Part shown: in pieces, positions 53,214 through 63,656 of the stretch
Layout: every line of letters begins with the position of its first letter
How positions within the stretch are numbered: position 1 is the first letter of the stretch
DNA from: Pelagomonas calceolata
Lineage: Eukaryota
Reading direction: 5' to 3'
Length of the DNA stretch: 64,000 nucleotides
Assembly (NCBI GenBank): GCA_918797485.1
Contig: CAKKNE010000003.1
Span: 744,001 to 808,000 of the forward strand
The notes under the pieces: model-generated
The model's input: the letters and a program-made list of their open reading frames with translations, nothing else
Told to the model about the DNA's origin: nothing
Database searches by the model: none
Translations under genes and position numbers: made by a program

Positions 53214-54035
53214 TCATCCGATCATGTTAAGCGTCACGAGCATGCGCTCCACAAGTAAGTCGTCGCGTTTTGACGTTTGCTCCTCGGGCTGTTCTGGTAA
53301 AGCCCGCAGCGCGAAGACCAGGTCCTCCATGTCCGACCAGTCCACCGGTTTGTTGGACCGCGCGCGCACGGTCCTATAAGGCCGCACGTAGCCTGCACGG
53401 TTATGAGAGCGTAGCCACTCTTCCACCGCATCGTCGACCTCATCCCTAGAAACCCTAAAAATATCATCACCGACACAGTGCGTCGACTCCTTCCTACCTA
53501 TTCCACGGTAGGCTCGTTCCGAGTCGACGGGATCCGGCACGTATGCTTTGGGCAGCTTTCGTTTGTCAATTTTGGGCGCTCCCTTGGAACCAGGAACAGG
53601 AACCACCTTGGACATGAAGCGATTCGACCGCGGGTCGACGTCCCACCACTCATCCTTCTCGAGGATCGCTTCACTTACCATCGTCCTTGGTGATAGAGCT
53701 AGTTCTTCTGGCCTTTTTCGTCGCAAGTCTGAAACGTAGCTTGGCCCTACTTCACCAAAATATTTCGAACGTTCAAACCCCGACGCCTGCCACGTGTTGA
53801 TCTTGGAATGCCTAGGCTCAAGTCCAAAGTTTGTGATTTGCCTCGCACGTGTATCTCCCGGTAAACCCTTCCAGAGTTGCGCCGTCGTGTTATACTGCGA
53901 ATGGACGACGCCGCAGTCCTTGCCCCGAAAGACGTCTCTACGTTGTGTAGAGGTGGGCAGCTTGGACCAGCCTTTCCCCCGGTCCTGGACCGCTACCCTA
54001 TTCGTGGCGGGGCCGTAGCCGACGCACTCCCACAT
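53214..54035 (-). CDS. Uncharacterised protein (273 aa)
   Basis: ATG-initiated ORF filling the space between neighbouring genes; no domain recognised. Confidence 0.6.
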   Translation of the reverse strand: MWECVGYGPATNRVAVQDRGKGWSKLPTSTQRRDVFRGKDCGVVHSQYNTTAQLWKGLPGDTRARQITNFGLEPRHSKINTWQASGFERSKYFGEVGPSYVSDLRRKRPEELALSPRTMVSEAILEKDEWWDVDPRSNRFMSKVVPVPGSKGAPKIDKRKLPKAYVPDPVDSERAYRGIGRKESTHCVGDDIFRVSRDEVDDAVEEWLRSHNRAGYVRPYRTVRARSNKPVDWSDMEDLVFALRALPEQPEEQTSKRDDLLVERMLVTLNMIG

Positions 54036-54182
54036 GCTTGTGAGTGGGCGGTCTCAGCGCGCCAAAGGCACGGGTACAGCGCGGGCTGGGCGGCGTAGGG
54101 CGACGCTGCGAAACCGTACGAAGCCGTCTGGAGTACGGGGGCAGCGTGAGGGCTGCGTGAGCGGCTGCCGCAGCGCCCAGGG

Positions 54183-54210
54183 CTTGCTAGTGTGTTACAG
54201 GACTCTAGCA
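54183..54210 (-). promoter_or_regulatory. Recurrent upstream motif
   Basis: CTTGCTAGTGTGTTACAGGACTCTAGCA lies between divergent genes. Confidence 0.6.
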
Positions 54211-54359
54211 TCTTGCTAAGACGGCTGCACCAGTTTTTGCGTCGCATTGATGCTCAGCAGATTCTCCAGCCACTTACCCAGCCTCGCTAAAGCGCTACTG
54301 TGCATCTCTGGCCCTACAGGCTGCGTCTCACAGCTGGCAGGCGTGATAGCCCAGCAGTG

Positions 54360-55958
54360 ATGCTCTCCACCTTCCTGCGGCGCCGCGGCGCACGAGTGGT
54401 CAGGCGATACGCCGCCACCGCGCCATCAAACACGCTCACCCTGGTAGCCGTGAACGACGTCTACGACCTCGAGCACCTGCCGAAGCTGCGCACGCTCGTC
54501 GATACCGTCAAGGCGGAGCGTGCGGGCGGCACGGTGATCACGACTTTGGCTGGTGACTTCCTGTCGCCGTCGGTGCTCTCGTCATTAGACCGAGGCCGTG
54601 GCATGGTCCAGGTGCTCAACGCCGTCGGCGTGGACTACGCCTGTTTCGGGAATCACGAGGCCGATGTGGGGCTCAAAGCGCTCAGGAAGCGCATCGGCGA
54701 GTTCTCTGCGACGCTGATCAACAGCAACGTCCCGGGCGCCGTCGACGGCGCGCCCGCGACCGCCGTCGTATCGTTACCGGGCGGCAAGCGCGTCGGCCTG
54801 CTGGGCCTGCTGACGTCGGAGCCGGGGGTCTTCCGGAAGGACGTCTTCCGCGGCCTCGTAATTGAGGACGCGCTCGCCACGGCGCAGACATTGTCGGCCG
54901 AGCTCCGCGCCGACGGCGCGTCCGCGGTCGTCGCCCTGACGCACCAATCGATCGACGCGGACCTCGAGCTATCACGCGCCGGCTGCGTTGATTTGGTAGT
55001 GGGCGGCCACGAGCACGAACCATATCTCGAGGGCGAAGCCTGTAGGGTCGTCAAGACGGGCCAGGATGCCGTGAGGGCCGCTGTGATCGACCTCGACGTC
55101 TCCGGCGCCATCGTCGTGACCTCAGTCAAATTCGAGGACGTGACGCGGTTGGCACCGCACGCCGGCGCCGCCGCGGCCGCCGCCGAGCAGAAGGCGTTCC
55201 TGACGAGCCTCGACAACGAGAAGATCCTCTCCTGCGCATCCTCCGAGGTGCTCTCGTCGGAAAAAACACGCTTCCGCCAAACCACGGTGGGTCGACTGCT
55301 GTGTAGTGCCGTGCGCGACTGGTTCGGCTGCGACGCCGCGATGATCAACGGCGGCACGATAAAAGGAGGCACGACGTACGCGACGCCGGCGCTGTCGCTG
55401 CTCGACCTGCGGCGGGAGCTGCCCTTCCCGACGAAAATGGTCGTGCTGGACATGCCTGGATCCGTGTTGAGGGCGGCCGTCGCGCATTCCCGGAAGGGCG
55501 AGCCCGACGACGAGCGGCGGGCCTTCCTGCAGGTCTGCGATGCCGTGGACGTGGACGAGCGCGACCGCGTCATTTCTGTACGTGGTGAGCCGCTCGATCC
55601 CGAGAAACTGTATCATGTGGCGTTACCGCGGAACCTCTGCAAGGGCCTCTTCAACATCAAGCCGCTCGTGACCTGGGCGGAAGCCACCGATCTGCCGGCC
55701 GAGGACGACTTCGTCCCGGCCATGAACTGCGTGCTCTTGCGCCACAGCTACGCGCTGTGGCGGCGCCTCGGCGAGTTCGACGACATCGACACGAATCACG
55801 ACGGCGTGATTACACGTGACGAGGTCGTCGAGGCGTTAAAACGGCGACGGGGCGTGGCACCGCCGAAGATCCTGCTCGACAACGTGATGGAGGCGCTCGA
55901 CGCGGACCACTCGGGGACTATCAATCGTGACGAGTTCGCGCATCGTGTGGACCACTAG
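54360..55958 (+). CDS. 5'-nucleotidase (metallophosphoesterase plus C-domain) with two C-terminal EF-hands
   Basis: NDVY, AGDFLSPS, FGNHE, ALTH and GGHEH; EF-hands DTNHDGVITRDE and DADHSGTINRDE. Confidence 0.9.
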   Translation: MLSTFLRRRGARVVRRYAATAPSNTLTLVAVNDVYDLEHLPKLRTLVDTVKAERAGGTVITTLAGDFLSPSVLSSLDRGRGMVQVLNAVGVDYACFGNHEADVGLKALRKRIGEFSATLINSNVPGAVDGAPATAVVSLPGGKRVGLLGLLTSEPGVFRKDVFRGLVIEDALATAQTLSAELRADGASAVVALTHQSIDADLELSRAGCVDLVVGGHEHEPYLEGEACRVVKTGQDAVRAAVIDLDVSGAIVVTSVKFEDVTRLAPHAGAAAAAAEQKAFLTSLDNEKILSCASSEVLSSEKTRFRQTTVGRLLCSAVRDWFGCDAAMINGGTIKGGTTYATPALSLLDLRRELPFPTKMVVLDMPGSVLRAAVAHSRKGEPDDERRAFLQVCDAVDVDERDRVISVRGEPLDPEKLYHVALPRNLCKGLFNIKPLVTWAEATDLPAEDDFVPAMNCVLLRHSYALWRRLGEFDDIDTNHDGVITRDEVVEALKRRRGVAPPKILLDNVMEALDADHSGTINRDEFAHRVDH

Positions 55959-56023
55959 TTGGTGTGTATAAGTGTACATTGTGTAGTCAATGGTTCGGTT
56001 CGTAGTGGTCTGATGCCTAGAAA

Positions 56024-56051
56024 CTTGCTCTAGTGTCTTACAGACGCTAGC
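56024..56051 (-). promoter_or_regulatory. Recurrent upstream motif
   Basis: CTTGCTCTAGTGTCTTACAGACGCTAGC lies upstream of the ankyrin gene. Confidence 0.6.
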
Positions 56052-56457
56052 TTCCTGGCACCAGGGCAAAAGCGCACCGCAGCTGTGCCCCGCAACGCAT
56101 TTTGCCTGATCTGTCTCGTGCGCAAAAATTTAGCGCATCAGACCTGCACACAGCCGCAAGCACAACACGTGCAAACGCAGCGTCCCAGACTATACATCAG
56201 AAGCACAAACAGTGTCGCGCCCGCGGACGAACACGAGCAACCCCTCGTTTCGCGGCGCGGCGCCCGCCGGCGGCCCCGAGAAGCCGTCGGCGCGGCCACG
56301 GCCGTGCGAGAGCACCCCTGTCGATCGACCCGGCAGGGCGCGACCTAGCCCCCCGCGCGCCCCGAGCTCCAGGCCGCGGGGAACGGATCGCGGGCCACCC
56401 TCGCAGATCCGCGGAAAGCGCTAATGGGTGGATCGCCAAGCAAGTAGCTCGTTCATA

Positions 56458-57417
56458 ATGTGGGGATTGCACGAACACGACCCACGGAGGAAGATATACG
56501 ACGCGTGTGCAAGCGGTGACGTCGACGAGGTGCGAAGGCAGATCCACGGCAGCAACGTCAACGACGACACTTTAATCTTCATAGCGTCTGAGAACGGCCA
56601 TACAGAAGTCGTCCGGCTGCTTCTCGCGCACAGTGCCGATCCCGGTTATATGGCGCACTTCAGTACGCTTCTCGGGGAAGCTATCCGGAAGGGCCATGCG
56701 GATGTTGTCCGCCTACTCATCGACGACTACGGAGTCGCGGTCGATGACGAGCGTTCCCGGACCGGACCGCTCGGAGCCGAGCTACTGCCGCTGATGGCAG
56801 CGATTGTCTCTAATGCCTTCTCTGGGCAGTTGGAGGTCGTCCGCGTCCTTCTGGCTCGTGGCGCAAGTCCCAACACCACAAAAGATAGAGGCTTTGAAGC
56901 TGGGGCGTCTGCGCTGTGGTTAGCTGTCAACGGCGATCGCATCGAGATCGCGCGCGCGCTCATCGAAGCTGGCGCTCGAGTCGACTTTAAGGGGCCGCGG
57001 GGCGTCACACCCCTGTGGAAAGCGGTTTATAATGGTCGCCTTGCCATGGCACGACTACTTCTGGACTGCTCGAGCTCGAGTATCGACTGGGCCTGCGATA
57101 GACATGTGAATTCGCCGAGCGTACAGGTACCATCGACTGTCGACGGAGGCACAGTCTCCCTCGGCGGTTCCACCCCCCTATTCCTCGCGTGCCTCACGGG
57201 CAAAGTGGGCCTCGTGCGGCTGCTCCTGCAACGCGGCGCGCGGCCGGCGACGGCTGTCCTGGCCGACCGTACGCGCGGACGGCAAGTACGTAGAGCCATC
57301 CTGGACATGCTTCGTCAGTACTACGCGGTGCACGTCACTTTAGATGTGTTGGGGCGTCGCGAGCGCCGTCGCGACATCGTGCCCCGGATCACCTCTTTTC
57401 TGGTCCCGCCGAGATAG
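56458..57417 (+). CDS. Ankyrin repeat protein
   Basis: Multiple ankyrin units (IASENGHTEVVRLLL, GVTPLWKAVYNG, STPLFLAC). Confidence 0.85.
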   Translation: MWGLHEHDPRRKIYDACASGDVDEVRRQIHGSNVNDDTLIFIASENGHTEVVRLLLAHSADPGYMAHFSTLLGEAIRKGHADVVRLLIDDYGVAVDDERSRTGPLGAELLPLMAAIVSNAFSGQLEVVRVLLARGASPNTTKDRGFEAGASALWLAVNGDRIEIARALIEAGARVDFKGPRGVTPLWKAVYNGRLAMARLLLDCSSSSIDWACDRHVNSPSVQVPSTVDGGTVSLGGSTPLFLACLTGKVGLVRLLLQRGARPATAVLADRTRGRQVRRAILDMLRQYYAVHVTLDVLGRRERRRDIVPRITSFLVPPR

Positions 57418-57474
57418 GCTCCGGAGGCCTAGTATGAGACTAAGATTTTGTTTTTTGATGAATAAGCGCATAAT

Positions 57475-58221
57475 TTACACGCCCGCCAGCTCCTTGGCGA
57501 AGGCCTCCAACTCATCTTCCGTCAAGTCGAGGAAGTCGAGATCGTCGTCAAGGTCCCGTAGCTTCGGCTCCGGCGCGTCGAGCACGGCGCTGCCGAACTG
57601 GCGTCCTACTAAATCCTCGCGGACGCTCTGAGGAACGGTCCCAACGACGCCCTTCGTCGCCGCGACCGCGGCGGCGGCCTCGTAGTCGATCTCCACGACA
57701 GCCTGTTCCGCCATCGCGTCCGCGAGCTCGGCGTCGTTCGTGGACTCGTCGGCGCCGCTCGGCGCGCCGAGGAAGCCCGGGCCCTCGGCGCTCTTCAGCG
57801 CGTCGAGCGCGGCGCCCCGCGACGTCCAGCCCTCCAAGTCGCCCGTCGCGGCGCCGTAGCTGACGCTCTTGGGCCCCGCGCCGTCGCCGGACTCCGCCGC
57901 GAAGGACTCCGTGTCCGTCGTCGCCTTGACGAGCCACCTTTCAAACGCTTCCAGTTTTGATCGCGGGCCCTCGGCGACGATCTCGACGCCGTCGGCCGTG
58001 ACCTGGTACGCGCCCGGGAGGCGCCGGATGAACCAGCACTGCTTCTGGCACTCGAAGTTGAACGACCGGCCCACCGTGCTCGAGGCGAGCGTCGCCGTGA
58101 GGCGCGCGGCGTCGGCGTCCGTCGCTGCCGCGTGCAGGACGTGCCGCGGTCGAGGCTGCGCGGGCGTGCAGACGAGGGCCGTCGCCGCTGTGATGCTTAG
58201 CAGCAGCCTGAGCAGCAGCAT
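57475..58221 (-). CDS. Signal-peptide-bearing (likely plastid) protein with an acylphosphatase-like domain
   Basis: Signal-like MLLLRLLLSITAATALV; DGVEIVAEGPRSKLEAFERWL resembles the acylphosphatase fold. Confidence 0.6.
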   Translation of the reverse strand: MLLLRLLLSITAATALVCTPAQPRPRHVLHAAATDADAARLTATLASSTVGRSFNFECQKQCWFIRRLPGAYQVTADGVEIVAEGPRSKLEAFERWLVKATTDTESFAAESGDGAGPKSVSYGAATGDLEGWTSRGAALDALKSAEGPGFLGAPSGADESTNDAELADAMAEQAVVEIDYEAAAAVAATKGVVGTVPQSVREDLVGRQFGSAVLDAPEPKLRDLDDDLDFLDLTEDELEAFAKELAGV

Positions 58222-58430
58222 CTTTGTGATCCCGGTGTATTTTACTCGCTCTCGATGCAGCAGAGCTTGGCTACTGGTGCAGGATGTTGGTTGGCGTTAC
58301 TGCCAGATGTTCCTGCGACTACTACACAGCTATATCGCGTTGATATCCAGTTTGGCTCACTGCTAGGCCACGACGCTAGTAGGCCACGACGCTAGGGCAC
58401 GGTTTTCCGCGGAGCTATCCAACACGCATC

Positions 58431-59039
58431 TTACCCCCCACCGCCTTTCAGCAGGTCCTTCGTCGCCAGCTTCGTCAGCACGGCGCGCTCGACGTCGCCG
58501 CGCTCGTCGGCCGAGAGCCCGAACCGAGACACGAGCGCCTCATGTGCCGAATCGGACCGCGCATCCAGCGCATCGAGGGGCACGCGCCGCCCGTCGACGC
58601 GCCCTACCAACTCCCGGAACTCTTCAACTGAGGAAGAGACCGCGCACACCAGCAATCGCGTCGTCGCGTCCGACGCGCCGACGTCGCGGAAGGCGCCGCC
58701 CATCGACGTGGAGGGCGCGAGCGCGTACACCAGGTCCGCGCCCGTCGTCCGCCCCCGCGGCAGGTCGTGGGATTTGACCGCGTAGTCGCGCCCCGCGGCC
58801 TTGTTTTCCGCGCGCCGCGCGCAGTTCGTCGCCGCCTGCCGCAGCACTCTTACGCTAACGACGCGGTCCGCGTCGATTAATGCGAGGTCTCCGGTCATGT
58901 CGCCCTGCACGCACTGCGCTACAAGTTCGGTGGCGTTCGTGACGCCTTCAAATAACGCGCATCGTACGTTAAAGTCCGGGTAGAGTTCGTTTTTTAGTAG
59001 ACCATCGTCGTCCGAAGCGTTGTCGCTGGCGTCGGCCAT
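58431..59039 (-). CDS. TPRKB: KEOPS complex subunit Cgi121/TPRKB
   Basis: LFEGVTNATEL, ALIDADRVVS, DLVYALAPSTSMGGAFRDVG and C-terminal KLATKDL. Confidence 0.8.
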   Translation of the reverse strand: MADASDNASDDDGLLKNELYPDFNVRCALFEGVTNATELVAQCVQGDMTGDLALIDADRVVSVRVLRQAATNCARRAENKAAGRDYAVKSHDLPRGRTTGADLVYALAPSTSMGGAFRDVGASDATTRLLVCAVSSSVEEFRELVGRVDGRRVPLDALDARSDSAHEALVSRFGLSADERGDVERAVLTKLATKDLLKGGGG

Positions 59040-59570
59040 CGATGCGATTTGTGTGCGCAGCGAGCGTGCTGCTGCGGCCTGCAGTAGCGGCGCTAGCTCG
59101 CGTTACGCCTCGAAAATCACAGGGCAGTGCACGAGTGGATGAGAAACACCACGCACAGTGCAAATGCCACCGCTGGCTCGCACTCACGGGCAAAAAAGCT
59201 GGGCCTCAAAAGGGTGCAAACCCGTGCGCAAGCACGCAAAATTTGCGGCAAAACGAAGCGCGAGGCGTCTCCTCCTTGCCGATTGGGACCGCTTCGGATA
59301 GCTTGGACTGCATCAGACAATCGAACCTGTTTTTTTCAGTCGGCACGACGTCGCGCACATCGGCCCGACATCGGCATCCACGCAAGGGCGATAGCTGGTG
59401 ATCGCACCGTTGTAGAGCCCTTACTGCACCACATCGGTCGACGGTTGCAACAGCGGTGCAATACCGCTACGCGCAGCGTCAAAACTGCACAGCAGTGGGG
59501 TGGCCTTGCAAAAAAACTGCGCGCGCCCGAGCCGTAGATAGCGCCGCCGCAGCGCAGCAGCACAACAACG

Positions 59571-61567
59571 ATGGCCTCTGCCGCGCCCGCGCCCGCGAAG
59601 CCCCCTCCGGTAAAAATCGACGAGCCCGAGGAGTTGAAAGGAAAGGGCTGGAGCGGCATGGAGCTCGAGAGCGGCACCTCCACCAAAGACGTCGCCGCCG
59701 ACTCGGCGTTCGAGCGGGTCTTTGAGCGGTTGTACGGCAAGATGACCTTCGAGGAGAAATTACGGTTGATCTGGCTGGCCGGGACGCTGTTTTTTATTAT
59801 TGGAGGCTACTGGTTATTGCGAAGCTTGAAGGATCCGGTCATCGCGACGATCTGTGGGGTCGAGTACATCCCGAAGGCCAAGATGCTTTCGGTGTTGGTG
59901 GTCTTGGTACTGGTCTTCGTCTACAATAAATTGATAGATATGTTCCCGAAGCACCAATTATTTTATATTGTCGGCGGCTTCTATGCCGGGTTGTTCACCT
60001 TGATAGCTTGCTTGTTGGCGGCGCCGGCCACGGCCCAAACGTCTATATATAATACGAACGCGTCTCCATACAGACTCATAGGCTGGATCTCCTACTGTAG
60101 CATCGAATCGTTCGGTTCTATTGGTGTTTCATTATTCTGGGCCTTCACGAACTCTACCTATAACTTGGAGGGCGCAAAAAAGGCGTACGGCCTCATGGTC
60201 GCGTGCGCGCAACTCGGTTCGATCGCCGGTCCTACATTAGTGAGCGTGGGCACGGAGGCCTACGGCGTGCCGACGATCTACTTTTGTGGCGCGTTGTGCA
60301 TGGTCGCGATGGTTTTGAGGCGGCGTCCCTTGTCTTTTCTTTCACGGCGCATCTGCTCGATGGCGTGGTGGCGCTGCGGCTCGCCGCTCGATTTCTTTCC
60401 ATCGGTCGCGTCGATGGCGTGCCGGTGACTTCTACACTGCCTCCCCGCCCGTCGCGGCGAGGGCGTGCTGGGGAGTCGACGTACCGCGACCCGACGCCGT
60501 CGCGACGCGACTGGGTCCGGCCATCGGCCGCGGAGGTCACAGCGCGTCGCGCGCGCCGCACGACGGCGTTCCCATGTCTGCGCGGTCGCGTGGATGCGCG
60601 TCGATGGCGTGAACGCCTCCCAAACTCTACGGAGGCGCTCTCACAGACGGCACCACACCCCGCGCCGCCGCCGCGACGCGCGCGTCGATGGCGTTATGCC
60701 ACGCAGGTCGTCTCCATCTACGGCTACAACCTGCGCTTCCCCCAGCAGCCCGACAGCCCCCGGGCGTCGACGAAGAAGAAGTCTAGCGCCGGCATGACCG
60801 AAGGCTTGGTGCTCTTCTGGAAGTACCACTACGTGAAGGGCATCTTCGCGCTGTCCTGTTTATTCATGGTCGAAGTTACTATTCTAGATTACTCGATGAA
60901 AGTTTTAGCGAAGGCGAAGTTCGACAGCGAGCACCCCGGCGACCCCCACGCCGCGACGCGCGCCTTCGCGTCCTTCATGGGCGTCTTCGGCCAGGCCGCC
61001 AATGGGTTGTCGTTTTGCTTTTCGCTGCTGGGGACCTCCATGGTCATCCGGCGCCTCGGGCTGAACCGGACTTTATTATTATTCCCTACTTTATGCTTGG
61101 GTGCGATATGCTTCGTGTATACTACTCCAACTTTGGAGGCGGTGTTCCTGGCCATGCTGCTGCTGAAGGGGTTTTCCTACTGCTTGAACAACCCCTGCAA
61201 GGAGATCTTGTATCAACCAACATCATCAAATGTCAAGTTCAAGGCCAAGAGCTGGATCGACGTGTTTGGGGCCCGCGGGTCCAAGGCGCTTGGATCCGTC
61301 GTGACCAATGCTTTTTCCGATAGCGCCGCCGATTTGTTATCTTACGGCGCGTTCGTGGGCATGAGCGTCGCGTCGTTCCTCATCTACGTCGCCTGGTGGC
61401 AGGGCCGCGAGTTCGATAACCTAATAGACGGCGGCGTGAAGCTCGGCGAGGAGCCCGAGCCCGTGCCCGCGTCTGCTGTGGACGAAGACGGCGAGGGCAC
61501 GTCGTGCGGGCTCGAGGAGGAGGAGGACGACGGGGGCGTCGAGGAGAAGAAGAGTATCAATGTGTAA
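59571..61567 (+). CDS. TLC/NTT-family nucleotide (ATP/ADP) transporter, 2 exons (59571-60311, 60707-61567)
   Basis: [37 protein letters not shown] and [19 protein letters not shown]; many TM helices. Confidence 0.9.
60312..60706 (+). mobile_element. Long introner-related intron (about 395 bp; donor 60312, alternatively 60303)
   Basis: At least four TCGATGGCGT modules; acceptor CCACGCAG|GTC restores the transporter frame. Confidence 0.7.
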
Positions 61568-61860
61568 CTTGAGGGTAATATATATGCCAAGGTGCGTGCG
61601 CTGCCGGAGTAGAGCTAGGCAAGGCATATCGAGTGGCGTCGATCTGGAGGCGTGTGCGCGCGCGGAGTAGAGTGCGGATGTGTGTTGCGGGGTCGGGTCC
61701 GTTGAGGGGGGTATGCTTATGATGAGACAAATCAAGTTTTAGGTCATCTTGCCGTCAAAATTCGTAAACAGGAGGGTTTGGCGTCAGGACGCGGCGGGGC
61801 TCAAGCTATCTCACTGTAAAAAAAGCTCTCAAACGATCTCCGCGAAAATTAAAAGTCGCC

Positions 61861-62413
61861 ATGGCGCAAAGGGAGACGTCCAAAATTCCAGCGAAAAAGG
61901 CGCCGCCCGCGAGCAGCGACGCCCCCCAAGCGACGCCGCCAGCGGGAAAGAAGTCCGTCGTCGAAGTTACTCTCAGCTACAAGATCGTCGCGTCAATCGG
62001 GCATCTGTTCGTGACGGCGTGCGTGCTCGCGTCTTTCGCCGGCTGGTTCTACCTGCTCAATCCCAGAGCGAAGCTCGTGATTTTCTGCGTCTTCGTCTAC
62101 GGCCACTATCGCTACGCGTGCATCAGCGCAAAAATCAAATCTCGCGGCGCTTCTTGAGCCTCGAGCGACTCACTGGTTGCTTCTGTCGCAGGTCCGCATG
62201 CAGCACGCGAACTGGATGGATAAATTCGCCGACCGCCGCGCGCGCTACGATCCGAAGTGCCCGTCCCACCAGCGCCAACTACCGCGGCGCCGCTCTTCCG
62301 TAGGCGACGGCGACGGCATTGCGGACGCCGTCACGACTGGAAGCGTCAGGGTATGTTCCCGGGCCGCTACTCTGAAATATTTGGGCGCGGCGAACGACCA
62401 GGATGTATTCTGA
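61861..62413 (+). CDS. Small uncharacterised membrane protein, 2 exons (61861-62115, 62192-62413)
   Basis: Two hydrophobic helices; the frames join across intron 62116-62191. Confidence 0.6.
62116..62191 (+). mobile_element. Degenerate introner-type GC-AG intron (76 bp)
   Basis: TSD GCGTGCAT/GTCCGCAT; TIR remnant CAGCGCAAAAATCAA; 3' end GACTCACTGGTTGCTTCTGTCGCAG. Confidence 0.7.
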
Positions 62414-62606
62414 ATTTGGGTCATTCTTTGGACGCTATCGAGGCGTATCTTTAAATTTACTAGTAAGTCGCTACGCTAGCTTGCTCTCATTGTTTTGCGC
62501 GCCTGGCTTTGCTCTTTCTATAGTTTCGGCGCGTCGGCAACTGAGGAAATTGGCCAGCGGCTCCCCAGAACTTCCGGGAGGACGTGTCCTCGAGACAAAA
62601 TACCCG

Positions 62607-63299
62607 TTACAACACACTAGCGCAGACCGCGTCGAAGCACTCCGCCGTCTCGCTCAGCCAGCCGCCGAGCGGCTCGGGCAGCGGCGGCGGCGCCACCGTA
62701 GACAAGACGCCGTCGCCGAGCCCCGTCACGGCGCGCACCGCCTCCGCGTTCCCGAGCGCCGCGTCGTCGCCGACAAAAATTATAGAGCGCACGTCGAAGC
62801 CCCGCCGCACGAGCGCCTCCCAGGCGCATAACGAACAAGAAATGCCGCCGAGCCGCGCGTCGCCTACTAATAAAGCCGGCACGTCCAGCCCCGCGTAGGC
62901 GTCGGCCTGGGGCCGCCCCGTCGCCGTCGGCGACAGGCAGCCGCCGGCGGTCTCGACGACGCCGAAGGGCTCGTCGCCCGCGCGCATCCACCCTGAAACG
63001 GCTCGGGCGAGCTCCGCGTCGCTCGGTATTTGTCCACCTTCCTGCCGCGCGGCGACGTGCGGGCTCGCGTACGCCCGCCACGCGTGCAGCGTGTCGCAGC
63101 GGCCGAGGCCGGCGGCGGCGTAGCGTTTGACCAAAGCTGCGTCGCCGGCGTGGTCGTCGTCGACGCCCGTCTGCAGGGGCTTCAGGTACGCCGCGCGGCC
63201 GAACCTCCGGAGGCCCGCTTTTATGAGTGCAGCGGAGCACAACGTCTTGCCGACCTCGGTGTTGGCGCCGAAGACGATGGCCGTTCGTCGTGCGGCCAT
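62607..63299 (-). CDS. bioD: Dethiobiotin synthetase (stand-alone)
   Basis: VFGANTEVGKT, YLKPLQTG, ASPHVAA, VVETAGGCLSP and LLVGDARLGGIS. Confidence 0.9.
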   Translation of the reverse strand: MAARRTAIVFGANTEVGKTLCSAALIKAGLRRFGRAAYLKPLQTGVDDDHAGDAALVKRYAAAGLGRCDTLHAWRAYASPHVAARQEGGQIPSDAELARAVSGWMRAGDEPFGVVETAGGCLSPTATGRPQADAYAGLDVPALLVGDARLGGISCSLCAWEALVRRGFDVRSIIFVGDDAALGNAEAVRAVTGLGDGVLSTVAPPPLPEPLGGWLSETAECFDAVCASVL

Positions 63300-63496
63300 T
63301 TTTTTGGCGTTCTTGCACCACTACCGTCTGTGGTGCCGAGGCCACTGCAGGGTGGGGGTCTGTGCAGGCGTTTACTGGCCGCAGATCTGCAAATTTTGAC
63401 AGCTACCGCGACTTATGCAGCGATGCTTTACGAACACGTTGTTTTGAGCCGCCTCGCGCCGCTCCACTGGTTTTTTTTCGACAGCTCGGCACACTT

Positions 63497-63521
63497 GCTA
63501 GCGGGCAGTAAGACACTAGCA
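63497..63521 (+). promoter_or_regulatory. Recurrent upstream motif
   Basis: GCTAGCGGGCAGTAAGACACTAGCA lies between divergent genes. Confidence 0.65.
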
Positions 63522-63656
63522 CGACCAAATCGTCGCCCACTAGTCCTTCCACCTACCTCTGCATTCCTCCCATCTCGACGACTGCATCAGCGGAAGGCTG
63601 GCTCGGCGGTCGCTGTCATTTCTTCCGAGGCTGGCCATCCAGAAAAAATTGCTCTC

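Noticed and set aside
58364..58395. 16-bp tandem duplication TAGGCCACGACGCTAG
   Set aside because: A simple local duplication that lacks the GTAAGACAC core of the recurrent upstream motif.
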